IMG/VR virus record: IMGVR_UViG_3300028569_000019
Coordinates: 1 to 64,000 of that record
Strand: one strand, 5' to 3'
Origin: a virus
Length of the DNA: 64,000 bases
The notes under the pieces are model-generated. The model had not been told where the DNA came from. It ran no database searches and saw only the letters and a list, made by a program, of their open reading frames with translations. Made by a program: the position numbers and the translations under genes. Positions within the stretch are counted from its first letter, which is position 1, and each line of letters opens with the position of its first letter. This document shows, piece after piece, positions 22,420 to 32,442 of this stretch.

Positions 22420-24792
22420 ATGGCGATAGTATCCAATCAAGGTAGAACCGTTCCCGAATTACCAACATTAACATCTGGTAATATTGGAAACAATGATTAT
22501 TTGATCATACAAAATGTAAGTAGCAATTCAACTAAAAAATCTACTGTAAATAATTTTGTACAAAAGACCGGCGATCTTTTAACCACATTCAATAGCTTAA
22601 ATTTTGTAGGGCCAAACAACACTTATACAGGTTCTTTTAGAAGCTTTGAAAGTGATAACTATTCTGTCATAAGTCAAAAAGTACCAAATCTATTTAAAAG
22701 AGCCATAGTAAGCGATTATCTTACTATTGGATACAATCCATCCGCACCGACGTTTTTGGGAATCTATGCAAAAACGATAGATGTTAATCAGGCAACTGGA
22801 GGCGGTGGTAATATTAGCTTTACTGGAAATGCTTTAAGTAGTCAAATAACAATTTTAGATTATCCAAATGGATTGAATCTTGAAAACACGCCTTTTAAGA
22901 TTGAACAAATCACAGCTAGTATTGGTATATCAGGCAGTTTAAAAGGTCGTTTATTGGGTAATGTAACAGTTGGCACAGGTAAAAGTTCATTTAACAATGT
23001 AGACGTAAATAATGATTTATACGCTGCATATGCTGAAATAGATCTAGTCGCTGTAAACGGTGGGGCTATTGGTAGTGTAAATATAGACAATTCTCCAATT
23101 GGAACAACTACACCTTCAATTATATCTGGTTCAAAAATCTATTCTCAAAATGGATTCTCAGGAGTATTTTCTGGTAGTGGCAATATTTCAATGACTGGTA
23201 GTTTAAAAGGAAAGCTAACAGGTAATGTAACAGCTAATTCAGGTATCAGTACATTCAATAATATTTCTGCTGCTAGTATATACTCTAGTGTTTATATTGA
23301 ATCACCATCATTCGTAGGTACATCTAGTTACTCTTACAATGGAGTTGGCGAATTGTCTTCTCTATCCAGTAGCTACGCACAAACATCAAGTATGTGTATG
23401 TCAACTACTGCTGACACAGCTTCATATTTGAATTGGTCCAATCTAAGAACAAATGGTACCGCTAGTTATTCTTACAATGGAAGTGGAAAGTATTCCTCTT
23501 TCTCAAGCAGTTACGCACTTACTTCAAGTAAAGCTATAAGCAGTAGTTATTCTACAAGAACTACAAGTGCTTCATACGCATTAAGAGCTTCAACTGTACT
23601 TGGTACAGTTGATAATGCTTTGAACGCCGTAACAGCTGATTCATCTACTACTTCATTGACATCCTCTTATTTATTAAAAGGATCTTTAAATAGTTCAAGT
23701 GCTGTACCATACTTTGACAACAATAGATTAACAACATCTCCATTGTTTTATAAAAATGAGTTTGGACAAATTAATTTTTATATATCAGCTTCTGCTAAAT
23801 ATGCGCAGTCAAATCTTTTTGTAGTAAATAGAGGATCTGGCATATATAGTTCAGCTGGATTTGTATTACAAAATAAAAACAGATCAACTGCATTTCCAAA
23901 TCAAGATCAATGGTTTATATCATCTGTTACCAGTGGCAGTTTAACATTGAGTATTACTACAGGATCATATCATCTTAAAAATAGTACCATTACAACAAGA
24001 ACATCAGATTCAGGTGGGGTGATGGTTGCACTGAAACAAGTACGTAATGGTTTTTACTTCTGGCCATATATTAATACAGATTCGGCTGCAAGAGATGGTT
24101 CAGTTGGTATAGGCATACAACCTCCAGCCGAGCCAACTGGTTCTATAGACAAGTATTTACGTGCTAAGTTGCAAATCAGAATGTTTAGCGGTAGTAATCA
24201 GGCTGCTAACGTTGCTGGATCAGTATTAGCTGGTAAATTTGTTGGTGGAGCGCCTATTGGTGTAGAAAACAAACAAACAGCGATATTAGTACAATACGGA
24301 TCTAGTAGTTTTTCAAATACATTTTACGTATCTAGTAGCGGTGATATGCGGGCATATGGATCTATTAGCGGCAGTAAAATATATTCATATGGAAACATCA
24401 AAGTTGATAATGGATCGTATATTTCTAAAACAGATAGTGCTATCATAACAGGATCTTTTAAAGGAAATTATCAAAAAGATTATACTACCGTGAGTGCAAC
24501 TGTTGCAGCTGCAACCACAAATTTGAGTTTTGATGATTATGATATGATTTATCTAACAGCTACAGCTGCTCAAACATTTAATGTAAATCTTACACAGAAA
24601 AAAGTGTGTTATTTATATTTCTATAATAATAGTGGCGGAACATCATTTACTTGGAGTACAGGCACACCTAATTCATTAAAATGGCCAGGTGGATCGGCAA
24701 CCAATCCATCAAATGGTGCTAGAGATCTATATTCTATAGTATTAATGGGAAGTGAAATTCTTATTAATAGAATCGGAGCTTCTTATTCTTAA
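22420..24792 (+). CDS. Ser/Gly/Thr-rich virion protein (tail fibre-like)
   Basis: SGS/TGS/SYA repeats; C-terminal LKWPGG...DLYS tail-fibre-type domain. Confidence 0.65.
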   Translation: MAIVSNQGRTVPELPTLTSGNIGNNDYLIIQNVSSNSTKKSTVNNFVQKTGDLLTTFNSLNFVGPNNTYTGSFRSFESDNYSVISQKVPNLFKRAIVSDYLTIGYNPSAPTFLGIYAKTIDVNQATGGGGNISFTGNALSSQITILDYPNGLNLENTPFKIEQITASIGISGSLKGRLLGNVTVGTGKSSFNNVDVNNDLYAAYAEIDLVAVNGGAIGSVNIDNSPIGTTTPSIISGSKIYSQNGFSGVFSGSGNISMTGSLKGKLTGNVTANSGISTFNNISAASIYSSVYIESPSFVGTSSYSYNGVGELSSLSSSYAQTSSMCMSTTADTASYLNWSNLRTNGTASYSYNGSGKYSSFSSSYALTSSKAISSSYSTRTTSASYALRASTVLGTVDNALNAVTADSSTTSLTSSYLLKGSLNSSSAVPYFDNNRLTTSPLFYKNEFGQINFYISASAKYAQSNLFVVNRGSGIYSSAGFVLQNKNRSTAFPNQDQWFISSVTSGSLTLSITTGSYHLKNSTITTRTSDSGGVMVALKQVRNGFYFWPYINTDSAARDGSVGIGIQPPAEPTGSIDKYLRAKLQIRMFSGSNQAANVAGSVLAGKFVGGAPIGVENKQTAILVQYGSSSFSNTFYVSSSGDMRAYGSISGSKIYSYGNIKVDNGSYISKTDSAIITGSFKGNYQKDYTTVSATVAAATTNLSFDDYDMIYLTATAAQTFNVNLTQKKVCYLYFYNNSGGTSFTWSTGTPNSLKWPGGSATNPSNGARDLYSIVLMGSEILINRIGASYS

Positions 24793-24811
24793 TACTTTAT
24801 ATTTATAAAAT

Positions 24812-25351
24812 ATGGCAACTCCGTGCAATAGTTTAAATGTTCAATTAATAAAGGTCAGTGATCTTACGAGCTATACTAGTATAAAAGACGCAGATCAACT
24901 GATGCTTATAGAAAATACAGCTGGTTCAAAATATTCTAGAAAATCTACTCTATCAGATTTAAAGGATTATGTTAATTCAGATGGTATATCTGGTTATACA
25001 ACCTCTTTGTTTAATACCACAACTGATTCAAATAGTTTTTATACACGCAATTCAAATGTCTTTTCTTTTTCACATGGATTTTCATCGATTCCATCTATAG
25101 TCAGAGTGGTTTTAAGCTGTCAAGCAAATGATGGTAGATTTGTTATTAATCAAGAAATTGATACATTTTCATTTTTTAATAATCAAACCAAACCAATTTG
25201 TAGTATTGTTTCGAGTTCTAGTAATGTATTGGTCATAGTTCCTACATACACTAGTATTACAACATATGATTATAATAGTAGTACTAGTGTTGTGAGTGAA
25301 TACAGCATCGATCCAACCAAATGGTACATTAAAATATACGCCTGGAAGTAA
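24812..25351 (+). CDS. Tail fibre-associated protein
   Basis: N-terminus (CN..Q.IKVSDL...YSRKST) homologous to the next gene. Confidence 0.55.
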   Translation: MATPCNSLNVQLIKVSDLTSYTSIKDADQLMLIENTAGSKYSRKSTLSDLKDYVNSDGISGYTTSLFNTTTDSNSFYTRNSNVFSFSHGFSSIPSIVRVVLSCQANDGRFVINQEIDTFSFFNNQTKPICSIVSSSSNVLVIVPTYTSITTYDYNSSTSVVSEYSIDPTKWYIKIYAWK

Positions 25352-25353
25352 TT

Positions 25354-26844
25354 ATGTCAACCACCTGCAATTTAATACAACAAGTAAAAGTTAGTGATTT
25401 ATTAAGATATAATACACTAACAGCTAAAGATTTAATATTAACAATTGAATCTGGTTCGTCAAATGATCTATATTCTCGAAAGAGTACATTTGGCGATATT
25501 GTAACGTTTTTAAAATCGGTAACAGGTTCATACACAGGAAGTTTTTCAGGATCTGCAAAAACATTAAGCGGTAAATTTACAGGTAGTTTTACAGGCAGTT
25601 TCAAAGGAAAACATTCAGGCAGTTTTAGTGGTAATTTTAATGGCAGTAATACAGGCAGTTTCACTGGAAGTTTTAAAGGCTCGACCACAGGCAGATCCAA
25701 AACATCTGGATCATTGAGTGGCAGTTTTAGTGGTTATATATTGACCAAAAAAGCAAATGCTAGTGGTAGTTTTAGTGGAAGTTTGTATGGTACTATAATT
25801 AGTAAAAACTCTAAATTGACTGGTAGTTTCAATGGAACTTCAAGAGGTCGTTTTTCAGGAAGTGTTTCGGCTAGTATACAGGGTTATATCAGTGCGTCAA
25901 ATCATTATAATGCTAATAGAAAAGTAGCATTTTATGGTACAGCTAGTTGTGCTAAAACAGCATCTTATGCTTTAAATTCAGGTGGAAACATAACGGGTAC
26001 AGGTACTACCAATCAATTTTCATATTGGTCAGGAACAAGTGCATTGGGATCTACCAATTATATTGTAAGAAATAGTACTATTAATAATTTAGGTAGTATG
26101 CCTGCAGGTAGAATTACAGTTAATAACCCTTTACAATTTTCCGCTGTAGGCGAACAGATTATTCAAAACTCTTCATCTGGACAATCTATATCTGGATTGG
26201 GATTGCAAACTTCTAATAATTATTTAAGAGCCGCTGCTAATTTTGCAATTTATTATTCAGGATCTCATGTAAATACATCGGCTTTACCAGGCAGAGATGT
26301 AATTTGGCAATCAGGTAAATCTGGATGGGGAGTATTGGGTGTAAGACAAAGACTATTAAGTATAGGCAATATAGTAAGTTCTGATAATGTAAATGCTCAA
26401 TTGCACTTACATTTAAGCGGATCTACTGGTTGGCCAACAGGATACAATCCAAATTCAAATGTATTTTTGATCACATCGGGAAGTAGTCAGACCAAATTAT
26501 TACGTGTGAGTGGTAGCGGTCAGTTGGATGTAAGAGGTGATATAGTTGCACTATCCACATTCGCTTCGTCAGATATAAGACTCAAAGATAACATCAAACC
26601 TATAGAAAACGCTTTATCCAAAGTTAATCAGATAAATCCAATTGAATTTAATTGGAAATCAAATGGAAAACAAGATTTTGGTGTTAGTGCTCAACAAATC
26701 GAAGAACTATATCCTGACTTGGTAACTGAAAATATCGAGGGATATAAAGTTGTAAAGTATAATCCACTTATCGCATTGTTACTAAAATCTATTCAAGAAC
26801 TACACAAAGAAGTTCAAGAACTAAAAAATAATATCGAATCTTAA
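25354..26844 (+). CDS. Tail fibre/spike with C-terminal intramolecular chaperone (peptidase S74)
   Basis: GSF(S/T) repeats; SDIRLKDNIKPI...GVSAQQIE...V.Y..LIALLLKSIQEL. Confidence 0.88.
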   Translation: MSTTCNLIQQVKVSDLLRYNTLTAKDLILTIESGSSNDLYSRKSTFGDIVTFLKSVTGSYTGSFSGSAKTLSGKFTGSFTGSFKGKHSGSFSGNFNGSNTGSFTGSFKGSTTGRSKTSGSLSGSFSGYILTKKANASGSFSGSLYGTIISKNSKLTGSFNGTSRGRFSGSVSASIQGYISASNHYNANRKVAFYGTASCAKTASYALNSGGNITGTGTTNQFSYWSGTSALGSTNYIVRNSTINNLGSMPAGRITVNNPLQFSAVGEQIIQNSSSGQSISGLGLQTSNNYLRAAANFAIYYSGSHVNTSALPGRDVIWQSGKSGWGVLGVRQRLLSIGNIVSSDNVNAQLHLHLSGSTGWPTGYNPNSNVFLITSGSSQTKLLRVSGSGQLDVRGDIVALSTFASSDIRLKDNIKPIENALSKVNQINPIEFNWKSNGKQDFGVSAQQIEELYPDLVTENIEGYKVVKYNPLIALLLKSIQELHKEVQELKNNIES

Positions 26845-26858
26845 TATATATAGGATAT

Positions 26859-28814
26859 ATGCCTGTCAATATATTAAACAGATTTGGCCCGTTGAGTTTC
26901 AAAAGCGAAACAAATAACAGCGAAAATCTTTCGATCAATAGTTTATTAAGTAACTTTTATAATCCAGGTTCAAATAACTTTTCTATATCACAAAGTTATT
27001 ATCAATTGGAAAATAGAATTGGCAATTCAAACTCCGATTCACGAACGATTAATATCACAAAAGCTTTAGGCGTTGGATTCATAAATAAAGACAATAGACG
27101 ACCAATAAAGTTTAGTGAATTTTATGGAGCTTCTTATATAAGTAGTTCGTTCAATGTAGCTGCGTCTACCGGTGTCGCTACTGTTAAAATTTATTCTCCA
27201 AGTGTAGTACAAAATAATAACTTTTTGACCAATAATATACAGGATAAAATTTATCAATACACATTATACTCTAAGTCAGATGTTACCACGCCTATTGTAG
27301 ATTCTGGATGGAATAAGATGTTTTCTTATGCTAAATCCGGTGATAATGTTGAATTATTTTATAATTTAGTTGATACAAAAGCGTATAAATTGGTTTCTAA
27401 AGATTGTTTGTCAAATGCATTTACATCTAGTATGTTCATAGGTACATGTGCAAGTGCAGTTGTTGATAATACAACATACACATACACAATGTCCGCATCA
27501 GATTTACCAACTGCGGCTTCTTTATTGTTTCAAACAATAAATAATGATAAAACGGCTAATGGATATACAAATGTCAAGATAACAGATTTGTCTAATATAT
27601 TGAATAACCTAAATAGTTTATTGCAAAATCCAAATATTACGACTTATAAATCAAGTGGACAACTTTTGCCAGTTATATCTTATAAAGACAATTTAGGATA
27701 CAATAGAACTTTGACTTTTGACGGATTGATTTTGCAAAAATCAGCCACACCGGATGGTTCACTTGGATATTTTTACACTGGATTGGTAACCGCTACTAGT
27801 TCGGGCGGAACAAATCCTACATATGCATATTCTTTTGAAAATACATCTACATTTGGTCAAATTGCACTTTACATTTTAGGCACTCAAGATTCAAGCTCGA
27901 CATCGTGTGCGACATCACCAACACTGGTTGGTAATTTTCCAACCAATATTTCGTTTACAGGCCCAAGATGTGGTTATTTAGATTGTGGTGATGGTTATAC
28001 TCAACCAGTGTGTAATCCAACTTCTACCACTCAAATAAAACATAGTGGTAGCTTCATAATCACGAATAATAACAATGCAGAGATGTTAGCCACTATCAGT
28101 CCAACTTGGACTAACTTGGATGGAACTCCTTTAAATTCGTTAATTAGTACCGTTAATTTTACCCCAACCGGTATGTTTTCTGTTTCGGCTAACAGTACAC
28201 GTAAAATTAGTATTGGTTTTGGGTTGTCTAATTATCAAAATACACTTCAACCAAAAACATTTACAGCTAAAGGTTCAGTTAATTTAACCTTACCATTAGG
28301 GTATTCTCCGCAATCGCAAAATTGTGAAATTATAGCTAATTTTGATAAAAATTCGTGTGTGATTTCACCAGTAACGCCTCCTGTAGTTACGCCTGTAACA
28401 AGTAATTTAGGATGTATAAGTTATAATCCTAGTATGCTTGAAAGTTGGACGCAAATAAAACTTAGAACGGTGGTAACAATTGCGTATAAAACTGGTACAT
28501 CAGCTGATAAAACTTTTGCCAAAGCAGTTGTTAATGCTTTGCCAAATTCAGGATGTACACTACCAACAAGTATAACACAAGATGGTTATTCAGTCAGTAT
28601 CAATTGGATTTTGGATCCTGCGGGTGGACAAGAATATGTGTGTACACCAGGCACATCAGGTCAATTTTCAGGCACTTATACAGTTGAAACAACAAATTCC
28701 ATATTAGGAAGTGCAAATTTTTATATATTGTTCTTAAGAAAAAACAATAATAATGTAGACGCTGAAAGTTACATTAATTTGTGTCAAACAGGCGGAGTTT
28801 CGTCGGTTGGATAA
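26859..28814 (+). CDS. Putative virion structural protein
   Basis: Ser/Thr/Asn-rich, PIKFSEFYG motif typical of tail-fibre-adjacent proteins. Confidence 0.55.
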   Translation: MPVNILNRFGPLSFKSETNNSENLSINSLLSNFYNPGSNNFSISQSYYQLENRIGNSNSDSRTINITKALGVGFINKDNRRPIKFSEFYGASYISSSFNVAASTGVATVKIYSPSVVQNNNFLTNNIQDKIYQYTLYSKSDVTTPIVDSGWNKMFSYAKSGDNVELFYNLVDTKAYKLVSKDCLSNAFTSSMFIGTCASAVVDNTTYTYTMSASDLPTAASLLFQTINNDKTANGYTNVKITDLSNILNNLNSLLQNPNITTYKSSGQLLPVISYKDNLGYNRTLTFDGLILQKSATPDGSLGYFYTGLVTATSSGGTNPTYAYSFENTSTFGQIALYILGTQDSSSTSCATSPTLVGNFPTNISFTGPRCGYLDCGDGYTQPVCNPTSTTQIKHSGSFIITNNNNAEMLATISPTWTNLDGTPLNSLISTVNFTPTGMFSVSANSTRKISIGFGLSNYQNTLQPKTFTAKGSVNLTLPLGYSPQSQNCEIIANFDKNSCVISPVTPPVVTPVTSNLGCISYNPSMLESWTQIKLRTVVTIAYKTGTSADKTFAKAVVNALPNSGCTLPTSITQDGYSVSINWILDPAGGQEYVCTPGTSGQFSGTYTVETTNSILGSANFYILFLRKNNNNVDAESYINLCQTGGVSSVG

Positions 28815-28946
28815 AAAATATTGACATTTTTCTGAATTTATGTCATATATATTCTTGAATGACACAGATGTGTTATTCACTATAGTGCTCGAGTGAGGCT
28901 ATTAGGTTAATAAGTTCAATAGAATTATTAAAAGAAAGGTAAATAT

Positions 28947-29429
28947 ATGTCAGTAATTAAATATAGTCCGTTTGCATTGCGACACATTGATCGTGATGAG
29001 TTTTTAACACCATTTGACCGCGTATTCGATGAAGTATTTGCGGCACATTTCCCAGAACTAAATAAAGAGTTAGGTGTTGGTTTTTTTGAAAAACAAAGTT
29101 ATCCCCGTGTAGATGTTGTTGATTACAATGACCGTGTAGAAATTCTAGCTGAAATTCCTGGTCTATCCAAAGATGAAGTATCTGTGGATGTACAAGAGAA
29201 CGTGCTTACCATTAGTGGTCAAAAGATTAAAAATGTCGATGGTAGAGAATCAACTGGAAAGTATATTCGTAGGGAGTTGAAACATAGTAGCTTTAAACGA
29301 AGTTTTACTTTGGGAGATCAAATCGATAGAAACAATCCTAGTGCAAAGTTTGAAAATGGGTTGTTGAAGGTGACTTTATCAAAGGTCAAACCAACAATTC
29401 CTGAAACCAAGAAAGTAAAGATTGATTAA
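28947..29429 (+). CDS. Small heat-shock protein (Hsp20/alpha-crystallin)
   Basis: PRVDV...AEIPGL.K...VLTISG...FKRSFTL...AKFENGLL. Confidence 0.95.
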   Translation: MSVIKYSPFALRHIDRDEFLTPFDRVFDEVFAAHFPELNKELGVGFFEKQSYPRVDVVDYNDRVEILAEIPGLSKDEVSVDVQENVLTISGQKIKNVDGRESTGKYIRRELKHSSFKRSFTLGDQIDRNNPSAKFENGLLKVTLSKVKPTIPETKKVKID

Positions 29430-29449
29430 TAATCAGTCAAGGTTATATT

Positions 29450-29479
29450 AACCCCGCCATTAAATTGGCGGGGTTTTTT
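29450..29479 (+). terminator. Intrinsic terminator
   Basis: AACCCCGCCA/TGGCGGGGTT plus U-tract. Confidence 0.88.
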
Positions 29480-29499
29480 ATTTCTATCTATTTATAGAT

Positions 29500-30543
29500 A
29501 TGATAAAATTTCATCATTTGGTAATAGCAACATCTTTTTTAATTGCAGGATGTGCTGCGTATTTCAGTGTATATGGTATTGGATTGTTATTTTCAGGCGC
29601 AACCATCGCAGCTATGATTATGGCTGGATCTTTAGAACTCGGAAAGTTGGTAACAACTAGTTGGTTATTTAGATACTGGAATAAAGTCAATTTTCTAATG
29701 AAGACATATATGATAATTGCAGTATTTGCATTGATGGCTATAACATCATTGGGTGTATTTGGATTTTTAACTGCTGCTTTTCAAAAATCATCATTAGAAA
29801 CCGAATTGTCATTGAATAAAATTTCTACATTAGAGTCTCAAAAAAAAGAAGAGATTAATAAGATCGAATCCACAAAAAAATCTATAGAAAAACTCTATGC
29901 GTTAAGAAATAGTCAAGAAAATAGATTAAATGAAGTACTCACAAACGCATTAATCGCTCGTAATCCAATTCAACTACAAAATATTCAAAATCAAATTAAC
30001 GATCAAATCACAGATCTTAACAAACAGTTAGAAAACGAAAATGACAAAATTAAAACCTATAGTGCTAAATCTACATCTATAGACGATGATATTTTCAAGT
30101 TGAAAGTGGATAATAGTCAGAAAAAAGACATTACAACCTTTAAATTCGTAGCGGATCAATTTAGTACAACCATTCAAAACGTAGTGAAATGGTTTATTGT
30201 AGTACTTATTACAGTATTTGATCCACTCGCCGTTGTACTATTATTGGCATATAATATAAGCACGAATAAAATTTATTCAGAAGATGACAAAAATTACGAA
30301 TTGTATAAAAAACAAGAAAAGCCTACTGATGAATCTAACGTTGATCCAATTGCACCAACTCAAACCGTAGTGGAAAAAATTGTTGAGAAGCCTGTTGAGG
30401 TTGAAAAGATAGTGGAAAAAATTATTGAAAAACCAGTTGAAGTTGAGAAAATAGTTGAGAAGCCTGTTGAGGTTGAAAAGATAGTGGAGAAAATAGTCGC
30501 GCGAAAAGGCAAGGCGGGAGTAAGAGGAATGTTTAGTTTTTAA
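29500..30543 (+). CDS. Multi-TM coiled-coil membrane protein with VEKIVEKP repeats
   Basis: AAYFSVYG, LELGKLV and VFDPLAV motifs common in T4-like phage membrane proteins. Confidence 0.75.
   Translation: MIKFHHLVIATSFLIAGCAAYFSVYGIGLLFSGATIAAMIMAGSLELGKLVTTSWLFRYWNKVNFLMKTYMIIAVFALMAITSLGVFGFLTAAFQKSSLETELSLNKISTLESQKKEEINKIESTKKSIEKLYALRNSQENRLNEVLTNALIARNPIQLQNIQNQINDQITDLNKQLENENDKIKTYSAKSTSIDDDIFKLKVDNSQKKDITTFKFVADQFSTTIQNVVKWFIVVLITVFDPLAVVLLLAYNISTNKIYSEDDKNYELYKKQEKPTDESNVDPIAPTQTVVEKIVEKPVEVEKIVEKIIEKPVEVEKIVEKPVEVEKIVEKIVARKGKAGVRGMFSF
30367..30498 (+). repeat. Coding tandem repeat (VEKIVEKPVE)n
   Basis: Repeated GTTGAGAAGCCTGTTGAGGTTGAAAAGATAGTGGA units. Confidence 0.9.
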
Positions 30544-30601
30544 CAATTAAAATAATTCTTTTATAATTTTGTAGTCGGTTCATATATATGTACTTATAAG
30601 T

Positions 30602-30745
30602 ATGGATGAAACTGAACTTAAAGAATTGTATAAATTGATCAAAAGATCATACGACGAATCGTGTTGGAAAACCTTGAATGACGCTTTAGATTATATTTCG
30701 GAATTTGTGGAAGTGGACGAAGAACTACCTACAGACAATGATTGA
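30602..30745 (+). CDS. Small acidic protein (47 aa, MDETELKELYKLIKRS...), not in ORF track
   Basis: ATG 30602 after a TACTTATA motif; TGA 30743-30745 overlaps the next start. Confidence 0.6.
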   Translation: MDETELKELYKLIKRSYDESCWKTLNDALDYISEFVEVDEELPTDND

Positions 30746-31019
30746 AATTTTGTTATTAATATTACTGTTTGCATCAGTATCGGTTAATGTGTTTTTATTA
30801 ATCACACTAAAAAAGTTATTTAGCCAGGTTGATATCTTAGAAGACTGGATAATAAACTTTAAAAAATCTGTAGAAAATACTTTTAATAAATTGAAAGACA
30901 TTGATAACCGTGGTATCTTTGAAAAAGATGACGACGTTGGTTTTCTTTTTTCCGATTTAAAACAAATAATCGAATCTTTAAATAAAAAGGTAAAAGAAGA
31001 AGAAACCGATAACGTTTGA
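30738..31019 (+). CDS. Small single-TM protein (probable start MIEILLL)
   Basis: N-terminal TM helix; FEKDDDVG motif. Confidence 0.65.
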   Translation: MIEILLLILLFASVSVNVFLLITLKKLFSQVDILEDWIINFKKSVENTFNKLKDIDNRGIFEKDDDVGFLFSDLKQIIESLNKKVKEEETDNV

Positions 31020-31032
31020 TATTATTACTTGA

Positions 31033-32043
31033 ATGAAACAAACAAAAAAAAGTAAAGTCGCAAATAAAAAAACGACTAAAGTAGTAAAAGTTAAAAAACG
31101 TAAAATTACTTCTATGGTAAAAAGTGTTGATAAAAAAATCAAAAAGCCAACTAAGATAACATCTTTTAAAAAGATAGTTAAAAATGAAACACCTAAAAAA
31201 AATAAAAAACTAAAATTAGATATTACGTATGAATCTAAGAAGATATCTGAGATAACAGTTCCAAGAAATATTACAGATAAAGATATAATAGTAATCAATG
31301 ATTTAAATGCTATTAATAAAGAAGTAGAAGAGTTAACAGACGTAAGAAAAAAACGTCGTGGTAGAAACAAGAAAGAAAAGATTTATTTTTCTAAAAAAAC
31401 TGAAGAAGCAATTGTTGAATATAATTTAGAATCAGATATTGCAAAGAGAAATGAAATATATGAGAATCGTATAAAGTACAGTTTTGACAAATTAGTTGAG
31501 AACATATTCAATACATTCAAATTCACTTATTTTGATAATAGTCCATTAGAAATTCAAAAAGAAACTGTAACGCATTTGGTTTCAAATATGCATAAATTTG
31601 AAGCCGGTAAAGGTAAAGCTTTTAGTTATTTCAGTATTGTAGCCAAAAACTATTTGATATTTCATAATAATAACAATTATAAACGATTCAATCAACACGT
31701 AGACATTAGTGAAACTCCAGGAGAAGATGGTGTCTGTTTACAAACAGAAGACGCTCATCATAAGACTATTCAAACCCAAGAGTTTATGAAATTGTTAATT
31801 AATTACTGGGAAAAAAATATAACAAAGATATTCACCAAACAAAAAGATCTTAATATAGCATATGCGGTAATCGAATTATTTCGTAGTAGCGATAGAATAG
31901 AGAATTTTAATAAAAAAACACTGTATCTTTATATCAGAGAATTGAGTAATTGTAAAACACAACAAATTACTAAAATCATTAATAAGATGAAATCCTATCA
32001 AAATGTAGTTATGAAAAATTACATAGACAGTGGTAAAGTATAA
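31033..32043 (+). CDS. Phage sigma factor, T4 gp55-like, with Lys-rich N-terminal extension
   Basis: YFSKKTEEAI...KFEAGKGKAFSYFSIVAKNYLI resembles sigma region 2 of gp55-like proteins. Confidence 0.65.
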   Translation: MKQTKKSKVANKKTTKVVKVKKRKITSMVKSVDKKIKKPTKITSFKKIVKNETPKKNKKLKLDITYESKKISEITVPRNITDKDIIVINDLNAINKEVEELTDVRKKRRGRNKKEKIYFSKKTEEAIVEYNLESDIAKRNEIYENRIKYSFDKLVENIFNTFKFTYFDNSPLEIQKETVTHLVSNMHKFEAGKGKAFSYFSIVAKNYLIFHNNNNYKRFNQHVDISETPGEDGVCLQTEDAHHKTIQTQEFMKLLINYWEKNITKIFTKQKDLNIAYAVIELFRSSDRIENFNKKTLYLYIRELSNCKTQQITKIINKMKSYQNVVMKNYIDSGKV

Positions 32044-32060
32044 CACAAAACAAAACAAAT

Positions 32061-32086
32061 AAACCACTCCAAACGGAGTGGTTTTT
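32061..32086 (+). terminator. Intrinsic terminator
   Basis: AAACCACTCC-AAAC-GGAGTGGTTTTT. Confidence 0.85.
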
Positions 32087-32100
32087 CTATTTATAGATAT

Positions 32101-32442
32101 ATGGACTTAAATTTTGAAATTTACAAAGGAAAGAATTTTTCGGGTCTTTGTAAGGACATAGTGAAAAATTCCGAGAGCAAAAAGGATCAGATTGATATTC
32201 TGATATCAGAGTTACGAAGCTTGATAAAAACCATCAATGATGCTACCATCATCGTTCCTATGATCAAAGATTATTACGATGTAGGCATCAAAAACGACGA
32301 ACAATTGGTTAAATTAGCCGCTGTTGTACAACGTTTAGTAGCTAAAGGCGAAGCTAGTGGTGAAGGAACTTCTATGGTTTTAAGTGAAGACGAACGTAAA
32401 CAATTGATGGATGAAGTTATAACAATCAGTAAAGGTGAATAA
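32101..32442 (+). CDS. Hypothetical helical protein
   Basis: 113-aa ORF, TATTTATA upstream. Confidence 0.7.
   Translation: MDLNFEIYKGKNFSGLCKDIVKNSESKKDQIDILISELRSLIKTINDATIIVPMIKDYYDVGIKNDEQLVKLAAVVQRLVAKGEASGEGTSMVLSEDERKQLMDEVITISKGE

Noticed and set aside
28872-28902. CIRCE operator upstream of hsp20
   Set aside because: CACT-N10-AGTG has the wrong spacing and lacks the TTAG/CTAA arms.
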